From Podarcis pityusensis (lineage: Eukaryota), in the NCBI GenBank assembly GCA_964106645.2, contig OZ067048.1: 64,000 nucleotides of DNA; one strand, 5' to 3'. Below, in pieces: positions 49,148-61,508 of the stretch. Under the pieces are notes generated by a model. It ran no database searches. It saw only the letters and a program-made list of their open reading frames with translations, and had not been told where the DNA came from. Position 1 is the stretch's first letter; each line of letters begins with the position of its first letter. A program made the translations under genes and the position numbers.

Positions 49148-50790
49148 AATTCCAAAATGAACTGGAATAGTTACAAATAAACAGTAACCTAAAAAGTTTT
49201 ATAGATATAAAAAATAAAATCCAGAAGATATAACTGAAGACAAGGAGGTATAAAAACAGTATTTCTTAATAGCTTCTTCACTTGAGTTATGATGCCTCAC
49301 ACCAATCAACAATATGAAGATGCTAAAGTCTAGCAGGAATGTTTAAAACACAGTAAAAAGAATCTGGTGTTAGTGCTTACAGAAAGTAGTTATTTTTATA
49401 TCTCTAAATCTCTTGTATTAGAAATCATTCCCGGAGGGGATAAGTTCAAAGAGAGGATTAAATGCCAAGTTCCCTTACACTCATGCAACCACAATGGGGA
49501 TTCTATGGATGTCTCCCATGAGAGCAGAAAATGCCCCTGCTGTGTACATCTCGCTTACAACTTCACACTTGCCTGTACAGTTAAGAAGGTGCATTATTGT
49601 ACAGTACAATTTCCATTTTCCCCATTCATACATTCGTAAAAACTTCCCATTTCTTTTAATCGGTTAAGACTGTATGTTCTGTTTCAACCGCAACACATAA
49701 TTAAGAAGAAGAAAAAGAATCAACAGTATTAGATCTTTGCACAGGATCTGGTTCATTTATGGGCTAAAGTCTAGCCGTACAGAAAGTCGTGCATGAGCTT
49801 CGAGAAATTCCTTAACAGATGTTTAACATACATTATGCAGGATCGGGCCCCACAGTAACAACTGGAATATAATTTTAAAAAGCTAAACTGAGATGCTGTT
49901 CGGCACAAAGTGCAGTTTGACTTCACTTCAGGCTTCCTTGAAATAGACTCTCACAAGTATAACAATTCTTGAATCCTGTGCTCTCGTGAGACTGCAAGGA
50001 GAATTAAAAATCACCATTGCTGCTCATATTCCGAGAAGCCCATTATTAAGTAAGATGCAAAAATAAATAAATATCAGAAATATTTTAAACTTACTGCGGG
50101 TTTCCTTTCATATAATAGTTTCCTAAAACATAAAAGTACTGGGAAATATACTATTTCAGTATAAGGAATGCAACAGAACTATATATTTGACGATCAAAAA
50201 CCTCTGCCTCTAAGAAATGCTGTTCCCTGCATTACCTATATTCCTCTGAAGAGGGAGTCTATGTTTAAGCAAAACTCAGAGCCCTAACAGCGATGCACCT
50301 ATGCTAGTAGCTGCTGAGAAACAGGATGCAATGGTCACAACTGCTACTTCCAGGTCTAGTTATTTATTTTGAGCCACACAAGTACAAGCTCATCACGCAA
50401 CAAAACACACAATGTAGTATCTACAGTCTCCTCTACAAATTGCTTCATTTTAAAGCGGAAGGTTCCTAACTTTTTAAACCATACAAGTTCGCAGCGACAG
50501 CCTCCTTCCCACTTTTTCCATAGGGGTTATTTGTCGCTTATTTTGGTTTCCAGCAGCAGGGCATCTCTTAAAGCCAAGACTGTGTGAAGGAGACAGACAC
50601 AGAGAGGGAGAAATTGGGAGACTGTATCTGTGACCCATGCCAACACTCACTGACTGCAATTCTGCAACCTGTTTTCTAGGAGCATGTTTGCCCCCACGAT
50701 ATAATCACACAGGTATATTAAACAATGGCACATTGCATGTTCGATCTCAGCAAGCGCATGAGAATAAGTGGTGTCTGTTTCACAGCCTAC

Positions 50791-50990
50791 ATAGGAACAT
50801 AGGAAGCTGCCTCGTACGGAGTCAGACCATCGGTTTACCTAGCTCAGTACTACCTGCACTGACTACCAGCAGCTCTCCAGTGTTTTCAAGCTGGACTGTT
50901 TCTCTGCCCTACCTGGGGATGCCAGAGATTGAATGTGGAACTGTTTGCATACAAAGCAGGTGCTGTCCCACTGAACCATGGCCCTTCCCC
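50791..50990 (-). mobile_element. tRNA-derived SINE with CR1-type tail
   Basis: ataggaacataggaagctgcc tail on + and tRNA-like head at 50930-50990. Reverse complement of the 14744/42072 family. Confidence 0.82.
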
Positions 50991-52074
50991 AATAGAAAGA
51001 AACAGGAGTGCACAGAACAGCCAATGTAGTAAAAGGCAGCAATGGGCAAATAGTAGGCAACAAGTCCTGCAGCCTGTGACCCTGACTCACGAGAAGTCAC
51101 ATGCATGAAAGGAAAAGTACTGTGCATGCGGCAGCTGTGTCTGCCTTTGTCAGGATGTTTTTGTAACTCAGCAGACAAGAAGCCACCAAGGAACAGAGCT
51201 TGCTTCTTCGGCAGGGTGGGAGAAGTTGGAGAGAAAGTATTTAAGAAAGCATGAGTCTTTCATTCGCACATAAATTACTTCTTCAGATTGCAGCCTCTTA
51301 TTTTTTATAAGACTCCTTGGGACACAAGTTTTCATTTAAAGGAGCTGCTGTGGAGTTCAGGTCTGAAGGTTCCTATCTAAAAATGGGTGCATGGCCACAA
51401 AATTAATCGACACGTTATTAATTGATCTGAACACAGGGAAACGACAAACAGCTCAACAACACACTGCCGTGGCATGAGACTTCCCTGCTGTAGAGTTAGC
51501 AAAGAACACTAACTGGACACTCTTAAAAAGTTTCCCCATCTCCAAAAGAGAGCAAAGCCACGGAACTAGTTGTTTTCTTCCCCTCCTTCAGTTTCAGTTT
51601 TCTCGAACAACTCTCTCTTTTCTGCTTTCTTTCCTCTAAAGCTGAGTTTGTTTCCACTGGGTTAATCTACTCCATCTTTAGACTGAACTTACACCTCTTC
51701 CATCTTTGCTTTTAATATTCCTCTCTAACGAAACAGTAGGTCGGCTATGTCCTCATCTGTCACCACTACCTTTGCTGAAATTCCACCAAATCTATAATGG
51801 GATCTCAGCAGGACTGGCATTCACTGGTAGAACAAGCTGCCATTTCCAATTCAAGTTACCTCGGGGCCTCACTAGGTCAGTGGCAAATTGGTGCACAAAG
51901 CACATCTCTAACTCCAGGGAAACCCCATCGTTCATGGCAACTGACGATAGCGTGCCTGCCAAAAAAGAGGGTATTGTGATCCCCCCCTTTGTGAGGTGGA
52001 TTTAGCAGGGGTCGTTGGGTAAGTGGCAAATATTCTTAACTGCTGGGTTCATTAAGGACAGAGTTGGGGAAATT

Positions 52075-52722
52075 CACAGGATATATCTGTGTGAACAGAG
52101 GACTACCTGGATCTGTTTCAATCTAGTTTCAGACCTGTTTTTGGTATAGCGGAGGACAACACTGTTGGTTCTCTGGGATCTCTTAGTGGTGTGCTTGATA
52201 GCATTGACCATGATATCCTTCTGGATAGGCTCTGGGTGTTGGGATCTGTATGCACAGTGGGTCGGTGGCTCCATTCCTACCCTGGAGAGATGATTCCAGA
52301 AGGTGGTCTTCTGTTTGACCCCATGGCAATTATGCTGCAGGGTTTCAAGGGGGCTCTATCTTGTCCTCCATGCTTTAACATACAGCTGAAACAGCTGAGT
52401 GAGATTGCCTTGAAGGAAGTATCAATACATTTCAATCAATCAGGTGAGGAAGTTGAATTGCAGCAAACTGAAGATGAATCCTTACAAGATAGAGTTGCTA
52501 TTGATGTCGAGGGTGTGGGCATTCCTGCTCTTCTAGATGGGTTTATCTCTCATAAATGACCAGATTCAGAGTTTGGGAGTGTTCACAGCTTCAGCTTGGG
52601 TACCAGAGTGGCCTTAGTGTCACTGAGCATTTTCAAATAGCTTAGGCTGGTACACAAACACATCCTGGACAGAGGTAGATTGGCCACATTTTGCTAACCT
52701 CAAGACTGGATTACTGCAATAG
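52075..52722 (+). mobile_element. Degenerate L2-clade reverse transcriptase fragment
   Basis: LLVLWDL...DSIDHDILLDRL...TVGRWLHSY and a decayed GVPQGS.LSP.LFNI motif. Frameshifted and internally deleted. Confidence 0.85.
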
Positions 52723-52726
52723 GGTG

Positions 52727-52871
52727 TTGCCTTATACTGAGCCAGCCCATCTAGTTCATTACTGCCTACACCAACAGTGGCTCTCAAAGGTTTCAGGTAG
52801 GGAGTCTTTCCTGGGGGATGAAACTAGGGCATTCTGCATGCAAAGCAAGATACTCAGCCACTGAACTACAG
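52727..52871 (-). mobile_element. tRNA-derived SINE with CR1-type tail, degenerate
   Basis: tgccttatactgag...ttctgcatgcaaagcaaga...ccactgaactac. Confidence 0.7.
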
Positions 52872-55189
52872 GCATGGAGCAGGCTTTGAAGAGGTACTGA
52901 AAACTGTAGTTAGTTCATAACAAAGCAGATGGTCTTCTATCTAGAGAGGGGCAGCTGGAACATGGATGAATTTCACCTACAAAATTATAAGCAAAATTGT
53001 AAGATGAGCTTTCTAACATTCTGAAAACAGTTTTATTTGTATTACTTAAGCAGTATGTTTCCTATAGTTTGAAGAGACTCATCATCATTTTGTTGTTGAC
53101 CTCTGTCTGTCTCGAGAGACAATGGAGTATGCCTCCAGGGGTGAGGACAAACCACTGTGTTAGCAGCACCGAAGTGACCTCCTCTGGATGCAAGCCTGGG
53201 CAGTGTGTTTGGAGGTTCTGGACTGCCCAGATGACAAGACCTGCCTCTATGTGGTCCAAAGGAAAGGAAAGCTTTCAGAAAGCAGAGGCCCTTTAACCTT
53301 CCAGATCAGTCACTGACTTCTAGGAGAAGAGGAAGGAGACTCAAAGACCTGTCAGGTAGGGACTAATATTTCAAAAATGATCACAATTTTCAAAAGGGAG
53401 AGCTACAAAGGTCAATACTTTCATGGTAAATATCCAAAAGCAAAAGCAAAACAGCAACAGCTGCCTTGGACTAGAATAATAAAATGCAATTAGAAGCCAT
53501 GACATTTGAAAAACAGCAAGTTGGTTTTTTATTATTAGATACATTTTGAAGTTTATCTCTACAAGAATGAAAACTGAAAGTTCTTTTTTAAAAGAAAAAG
53601 AAAGGAATGTAAGGTACTGAGATTTTAAGGATTCTACGAAGAATCAATCAATAGAACAGATGATGCTCACAAGATTAAGAGAAATGTCTTGAACTTCTAA
53701 ATGCATCAAGGGCTTAGTTCAGAAAGCACACCAAACCATGGTTCAGAGCTGCTTCTCTGCTTTCATTTTCCATCTCATCAGCATTTAACTTTTAAAGTTT
53801 ACTCTCATCTCCATGATTTAGCAGAGACTTGAGGTACAGCAACTTCACCTCCTCCACAGTTGCAGCAGCCTCTTGAGGTAGAATAATGAAATGCATCCGA
53901 CATGATTGGTTTCTTTTTCTTTTTCCTTTTCTTTAAGCACCTGGACTTCTTCCCTCTCTTATCCTATCAGTGGTACTTTCACTGATAGTTGATTTTTCTG
54001 CTTTCGCTTCAGCATTTTTAAAAGTAGGTTCAAGTGTTCAGATGTCAAACAAACCATGGTTCGGTGTGACATTTGAATAGAGTCCAACACTCTATCCTTG
54101 AGTACTTCAGTGGTGATTTCCATCATCATGTTCTATCTTGGACAAGCCAGTTTGCAAATTACAATCTCAGTGCAATCATGGGCCCATGGAGTAGAGCTGA
54201 TTTTGAATGTGTAAATTAGATCTACAATTCTATGATCTCACTGCTCTTCCGAGGCACTCTCAGTGCCTTGAAGCTCATTTTGGTGTCCAAGACTAAATTC
54301 CTACCTCTCCCACAGGTTGGTGTAGGAACAGTTACATGGCAACCACAAATATATGTGGGTCCCTTATGAAAGGACCTTCCTTGGAAACACAAACACACAC
54401 ACACCAAACCCAGCTACAAACTATTGTAAGAAAACATGCACTGTATTATAAGCAATAAAACACAAGTGCAATACCGAATATAAATAGAACCAAACCCACT
54501 TGGGTCTTGGGTAAATCAACTTTGGTGTATAAACTCATTTGCAGAAGTTTGAATTTGGAACTAGTAAGATCAGTGCTCTTAGTCAATTAAGCCATCTCAG
54601 ATGGTAAAACAAGATTTAATCTATCCCACTGATCAGTCCATTTTTATGCAGACTATTATGCGATCTCATGCAGATTCAGAATGCATATATATTCTGGGCC
54701 AAAAGTACATGATATAATTCCAGAAATGGTTGGCAATGGAAAGAATGGCAACCACTCAGATGTGTGCATACATGTGCTTTCTTATTGCACATGTAGAGAA
54801 TTTTGCGTATTTATAGAGATGCAGATATCAATGTGCCAGATGACAGAATTTGTGTGCTTGTTGCAATACGTGGCAAAGCCATCAAAGGGAACCCAGGGCA
54901 GGGGTCTGCAGGAAGGTATGACCTAGATTCCCAATAGTTCCCAGTGCCCACTGATATCAATGAGAAAATAACAAAGACAGCTGAAAGAGGTGGCAGAACC
55001 AGTCTCTCCTCAAGACACAAGGATCACTTGTGTTGGGAAGGGTGTTTCCAAAACGCAGTGTGTCCTAATTATAACCTGCTCACTTTCTACCATATAAGTT
55101 AATGCTCCTCTATTATAAATAGAAAGAGGGCTCCAGTTGATTGCCAGGGAGGGGCAGCATGCTCCCTCCCCTAGAAATTGGGAAACGTA

Positions 55190-55380
55190 GACAGAATCCT
55201 GCAGGATCAGTCCAAAGGCTCATCTAGTCTTCTTGTCACAGTGGACAACCAGAGGCCTATGGAAGCAGAACAAGAGCATAGCAGTGTTCTCCCCACTAGA
55301 CTTCCCCAACAACTGGTGTCTTGAAGCAAACACCAAGGTAACAGCAGAGAGGTTCATCTTCTCTTGGTTAAGTCCCTTTT
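55190..55380 (-). mobile_element. CR1 3' end fragment (different subfamily)
   Basis: ggatcagtccaaaggctcatctagtc...tcacagtggacaaccaga is the typical antisense CR1 terminal stem-loop region. Confidence 0.6.
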
Positions 55381-55744
55381 GTTATTTTCTCGCATATAAG
55401 TATCAGTTCTTATTCACCCCACCAGGAAAAGAATAGGAGCGCTCAGGGACACTGATGATGGCAGTAAACTCTGATGCCAGCTACTATTGCCAGGGAAACA
55501 GAGGGGCACATATAGAACGGGCCCAGACTTTTCCTTCCATGGATGGAAAAGCTGCTTGTGTCAACTCCCCAAACTTCCACAACAGTGTGGGAGGTGAAAA
55601 TGGAGGCTGATGGGAATCATCAAAAAGTCAACCCCACTATCTACTAGTGTCCTCTAAGCATAACTTGACTCCAGAAATTCTCCCACTTACGGGAACAAAA
55701 TCTTCATCCAACCCAGTTTGTATGGGTATGCAGAGCACACAAAT

Positions 55745-55885
55745 ATATTATTATTTTATTGGTTTAATTTTCTTAAATTTGTTTCTATTATGGAATTCAA
55801 GGTGGTACACCTATCCAGGCACTGACCAGAACAAGGCATGCTTAGTTTCAGCAAAGTTGTGGCCTCCTATACATTCAGACCACCC
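55745..55885 (-). mobile_element. Degenerate 5S rRNA-derived SINE-like element
   Basis: Minus strand gaaactaagcatgccttgttctggtcagtgcctggatagg resembles the 5S internal control region gaagctaagcagggtcgggcctggttagtacttggatggg, followed by an A-rich tail. Confidence 0.55.
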
Positions 55886-58493
55886 CTTTCTACCATTCAG
55901 GAACAAACATGAATTTCAAACCAACAGATAAACAGAGGGATATTCTTAAGCGATATTCTTTTCTGCTCTCCTATCTTAGGGAGGTTTTCTTAATCTTCAA
56001 CTTTACCGATCACTTGCTTAAAAAACATAGGTGTATTCCAACGTTGATTTCTTAAAGCTATTTACAGAAAGCCATGGGAAATGCCAATAACTGTGGCAAT
56101 GGCCATTGAAAACTGAGCAGATGTTACTTTTTTTCAAACTTTCTCAGCGATTATGAAGACTGGAATCTTGCTTTTAAATAGGTTAGCGAGCAAAAGGAAG
56201 TTTAAAATTAGCTCTGCCAAAAGAAAGTTGAAATTTATTGTGCAATGTCATATTCCAATTGGAACAGTGCTGGCTGGCTATTTTTGTGATAAAACAGTTC
56301 TCTGTATTTTAGATGACTAAAAATAGATGGGGATATCAATATTATACTATTTTATGGAGAGCAGAGAGGAAAAAGAGAAACAATACTGTAATCCATTTCT
56401 TTTTTTCAGATGATTATTTCCAACTGTTGCACCTGAAGACTAAATTTCATAACGTTCAGTTGCATTTTACTGTACAGTTTCAGTTCTGAGCATTTCACAC
56501 ATTATGTTCCATGTTAGGATCTTGCTTTGTTTGTTTGTTTGTATTATCCCGTTATTGAAATTCCATGACTTCATGCTCAAAGTCTTTTAACATTAAGGGG
56601 TTTATTAATTAAAACACAGTTATGGTCTTCCGTGCTATTTAAATACCGCGATCTTATCTCTGCACCTGGACAGTCTTTTCATATAAATACAATACAGCCA
56701 GATCACAAAGATCTTTATTAAATTTTCTGGGGCAGAAAATGAAAAAAGACATTTGGGTGTGGAATGTGTGTGGGAAACTTCTGCACATGGTTAACTGTTC
56801 CAGATCAGCTCTCTGATTTCCACCCCTCCCTCTAAAAATTCAAATAAACTCAGTGCTTTGAAGAAGCTAAAAACACACCTTTCATTCTAAATTTAGTCCC
56901 TGTTTAGGATAGATAAACAGTTGAAAAAGCTGCCAAGAATCGAGACACCCTGCCTGGTGAGTACTGCCAAAGTTTTTATCTCTTTCTTTTTTGTTTTTTC
57001 TTAGTTCAAAAGAAGCCTTTAATTACATCTAATAAACTCATCTGTGAGGGCACAAAATTCCGGAGTCCCCGTGTATATGGGTAAATGGCACAGAAAGAAT
57101 ATGATGCCTGTTGCACTAAGTGGATGTTACCTTTTTGAAATGTATGGTCTATGATTGAAGAGTAAAATTAATTAATTCTTAGGTTCACGCATACACTTGG
57201 TAGACGTAAAAGCAAACACCAGCTAAGATTCAGCTCAGCTGAAAGTACATGCCCGGGCAATCCACACATGTATTAAGGGCTTTTCCCTTCATGCTGAATA
57301 ACAAAACTACTTTCCAAGTAAAGAGCAGTTTGGGCTATGTACCTTTGTTAACTCTGTAACTGTTTGTCACTTAACGGTCTGGTTTATATGTTACCTGAGC
57401 AGTGCAGGAGGCACATGGCATGGCTAAGTCCCACACCCCTGCCTTGTAAAATCTAATCCTCAAAGTGATGCGCCGCTGAAATTAATGGGACTAGCATCAT
57501 CAGGCTGCTGTGAGGACTGCAGGTCTAGTTGATGAGACAGCCCCCCAAAAAGAAAGGAGCAAAAAGAAAGGAGCTCTATGCAAAGTTTCCGCCCGAGGTT
57601 GTTTCAGAATGACTGCATAATTCACATCCATAGAATGCCCTTAATGCGCTTCTTGGGAGTTAATTGAAAGAGGTCTCCTTCTCATGTAGCCGTAAGTAGG
57701 GAGGCAAGGCAACATCTTTCCCATTATGTAATTCCCTATAGCTGCAGGTAATTGGCTGGGAGGTGCAGCTCATATGGGAAAGAACCACATAATTACCTGT
57801 GCTTATATGGTCGCAAAATCCATGCACAGCTCAAGCCCCTTGGGACCAATGCCATGAAAAAGCTGTGTGAAGGGAGCTGGGGACTAATTTACATGTATAG
57901 AAATGTAATAGCCCAAAACCAATGGCAAGCATGTTTTCAGTTATTAATGTTATTGCTAGTCACCATTGTTCCATCTAAACAATAAAGCAATTCCTCCTCC
58001 ATCCATAGGAGGAGGATGAGGAGGAGGAGACAGCAAAACTGAGGCTTGGTTCGGACGCTACATGTTGTGCATGGCAGGTGTGTAGGAAAGCAGTGGGGAG
58101 AACAAGTTCAGGAACATATTTCCGAAAGCCCCAGTCACCAGGCATGTCCATTCATAAAAGCTTCCGGGTGTGTGTCTCAAGACTCATATCTGCAATTATT
58201 TCATAGCCACTTACATGCACACGTTTTAAAAACTTGGATGAAGAATAGCAACATTGGACCCAAGTTTGAGATCAGGTGATTCTTCCCACAACCCAGTTTA
58301 TCCACAAAGAATAACCCAGACTACTGATGATCCAGGGATTATCTTTATCTTTGCCCATAGTGACAAAGTACTGAAATGCTTATGCAGGAAGGAGCTAGCT
58401 GCTTAACACTGAGTCAAGCCAGTGGTCTTACTTCTGAAAGCCCCCCCCCCCCCGAAATAAAAAGACAAAGAGCTTAGTACCTTTCCAGAAAAT

Positions 58494-58523
58494 GTTTGTT
58501 TGTTTGTTTGTTTGTTTGTTTGT
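58494..58523. repeat. (GTTT)n microsatellite
   Basis: About 7 units. Confidence 0.95.
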
Positions 58524-61160
58524 CTTACTCTCTCTGTCGCTTCTCTTTCTCAATATAGCCATGGAAATTTGTCATAGACATCTGTGCATTAACACAACTC
58601 CTGAAGCCCTTTATAGACAATTGTATGAATATTCAATGACAGTTTAATACCCATATTTTAATAGAAAGAGAATAATATTTTCATTCTATCAGCTAAGTAC
58701 AATATAATCTGTTTAGTCAATTTATAAATGAGTACTGTTTATCCAGCATAATAGCATCATCTACTATAATGTGATAAGATAAATTATTTAAAAAAATATT
58801 TTGCCCTTTAATAGAGTATAGTACTATTTTGAAAATCTTTGCATTTTAACTACTGATAAAAAATCACAACACATTTTGATCATGAAGGTGATTAGCTGTT
58901 TGTTCAAACATGTTAAGGAACAATTGACACCCACCCACCCACACTTCTGGATAACTTGATATATCTCCCAATAATAGCATCAGGTCATTTGAATTTCAAG
59001 GAAATCATTTGTGGCAAAATTGTTTTTTCCCTCGTTTTTATCTTTCAAACAATAGGTTTCACTGTGTGCAAAAAGCAAGATGAACTACGGAATCCATACT
59101 TTGTAACTCAAAGAACAAATTTTGCTAGGAATTAAGGAATCCTAATTGGTTAATTCTGTTTTAAACTTATTTCATACTTTTTTGGTTCAAAGAAACAGCC
59201 AAATGCCTGAAATGTCTGCAAGGGAAATAATAACAACAGAGTTCTAACCCTTAAATGGAAATGGCAACTAATCTGATGTTTTTACATCATCACAGCAGTC
59301 CTCTTTCTTTACAGTTGTAGCCATTTCACTGCCCTGCATGCGTTTAGCTTTCTAAACGGAAATATGTCCCAGTCAAACAGGTTCTACACAGTAAGTGTAC
59401 AGATATGGGAGAAAATGAGCATTAGAAATACAGAGGCACGTGATTTTTCTATCAGAATTTATCTGAAAAAAGGAATCTTTATGTACGTATTTTTAAATGA
59501 AGAAAATACGGCACTACATTTTATTAAAATTTAAGCATTCTAGACATAACAAATTACCAAAAAGAAAAAAAGAAAAAGGTGTTTAAGTGCTACTCCAGAA
59601 TGCTTAAAAGGTATACTCAGCCACATTACGTACTGGCCTGTTTCAAAATGTGAGAAGCACCAATATGTATTTATCATCTGAGTTCTCATAAAAGCTATTA
59701 GAAGTGAAAGTTTCAAGTAAAGACGCCATTAAGTAAAAGTGAACCACCCAAAATCCTTAGGATTGTAAAAAAATCCATGATTTCTTTAAAGAAACAAAGC
59801 AAGAAACATTTATGCAATCTAATTTTAAATTTGTCCTCATTTTTTCTCTCTGTTAGTGAAAAATAGCAAAGTTTTTTTTGTTGTCAACTTTTATTTTTAC
59901 TTCTCAAGTACTGTCAGAAGTCTGCCCAAGGGTTCACATACCCATATCACTATTGCTATATTAATTAAACATGTTCATTTAATTCCTTTCCTAGCTTCAG
60001 TCACTTACTGATATGACAATAGCAAAAACGGAAATTAAAAGTACTAGTTTTATAATATGAACGTTTTGCTATTGATTTGAAAGTCCATCTAATTTATGAT
60101 CACATTAATAAATGGTACGCCAAAGTAATCTCAGAAAAACCTGTAGGATTGCTCTGATGTTGGTGAATTTTTGATTGCACTCCCTTGTAACCCCCCACTC
60201 CCATAATACACATCTCCACAATATAACTACTACCAGTAGCAAAGTCAAATATTTTTAATTCTTTGATCTAAAAGTATTTGTCGCTCTGCTGCACTACGGT
60301 GCATTGTTGTTACTTATCTACAAATTAATCAATATGGCAGCTGCTTTAAAACAGATCATACTTTTTTTTACACATCAGCATTTTTTATTTTTAAAAGAAC
60401 GCAAAACAAAACCCAACTCATACATGAGCCAATTATTTGCTGCATGAACGCAAGGGCATTATAATATGAAAAAGCATATATAGCCTTTATTGCAAACACA
60501 GCCTAAATATATGCAGGTAGTTGATTAGAAACACACACACACACTTTCCTAAAAAGAAGGGGGGACGGGACGACAATCAGGGTATTAAATGTGACTTCAT
60601 TTATTACCATAGCCCATAATTCCTTTGGTAACACCTGGAGTCAACTGGTTTGACACCTGGAAATCACACACACTGAGAAAGCTATTTGTGCAGGTATGCT
60701 CAAAGTCCTAATTCAAAAACTTCAGTGGAAAATGAAGACGTCCTCCTTCTATTCTGGGCTGAGACCCATGTAAATGTTTCATAAATCCCTCTCCACAAAT
60801 CTCTTTTAACATGCAAATCCATAAATCATCATAATACTGACAAAGAAGTTAACCCGCACGTGAAGCTAATGCGTATTCTATCTGGAACCGCATACTGGTA
60901 AAGCTACCCAAACTAGAGGCACTTTTTCAGAGTTCTATTTATATACACTAAAAAATAATAATGCAACAACACCCACCAAAACTTTTTATTCCCACAGGTC
61001 AGAATTTTATAGACTTCTCTGTTTTGTCTGCCGGCATGATGATGGAGAAAACCAAAACAAACAAAAAAACGTTTAGGATAGGAATCTGTTTCATTTGAAA
61101 ACATGTTAATCAAAGGAACCAGTGGAACCGTAAACGGTAAGACAGACAAGGAGTACTTAC

Positions 61161-61210
61161 TGAAGATGGTAAACCTGGAGGAACCTTTCGAACTTTCTTT
61201 GTTTGTACTT
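61161..61210 (-). CDS. TCF4: TCF4 internal coding exon (human exon 9 equivalent), (E)VQTKKVRKVPPGLPSS
   Basis: Identical to the human TCF4 peptide. Acceptor ttctttcag|AA and donor TCA|gtaagt (61160-61155). Length 50 nt, phase 1 to 0, joins the upstream exon in frame across a 168-nt intron. Confidence 0.98.
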
Positions 61211-61378
61211 CTGAAAGAAGAAGACAAGTGTGGCTGTAAGATGTATGTTTGCAGGCTCACACCCTCCAGTCTAAGATTCAGCACTGAGCTAGCATTTATT
61301 ATTAATTACTTGCAAGACAGAAGTTCAGTCTAAGTTTCCTTTTAGAAATGTGGAGAAAAGTGGCACAAAGTAACTCAC

Positions 61379-61508
61379 CCACAGAGGTACTGTGCAGAGG
61401 CCTTCTTCGCGGATTATTGCTAGAATACTGATAGTACTGAGAGCCAGGTTTGGTGGGTGAGAGAGCGCCTGGGTTGCCCATTTCCATGTCACCTCCGAGG
61501 AGACTTTG
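61379..61508 (-). CDS. TCF4: TCF4 internal coding exon (human exon 8 equivalent), [43 protein letters not shown](E)
   Basis: Translation is nearly identical to human TCF4 [44 protein letters not shown]. Acceptor tcttttag|CAA (AG at 61510-61509) and donor GG|gtgagt (61378-61373). Length 130 nt, phase 0 to 1, as recalled for human. Confidence 0.98.

Larger units (their letters stand above)
1..61160 (-). other. TCF4: Large TCF4 intron (after the KKVRKVPPGLPSS exon) containing internal promoter(s); continues past position 1
   Basis: Starts at the GT donor at 61160. The next common exon (VYAPSASTADYNRDSPGY...) was not seen in the sequence or the ORF track. Confidence 0.85.

Noticed and set aside
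52191-52559. 122-aa ORF with RT-like motif as a functional gene
   Set aside because: Decayed L2 fragment with frameshifts and no catalytic YADD region.
57547-57574. 14-bp tandem duplication aaaaagaaaggagc x2
   Set aside because: Simple slippage duplication with no further structure.
60913-61333. 123-aa minus ORF and 76-aa plus ORF overlapping the 50-nt exon
   Set aside because: Alternative or antisense frames with no recognisable protein similarity.
61302-61378. ORF-track extension [25 protein letters not shown]
   Set aside because: Read-through into the intron past the gtgagt donor; TCF4 similarity resumes only at 61210.
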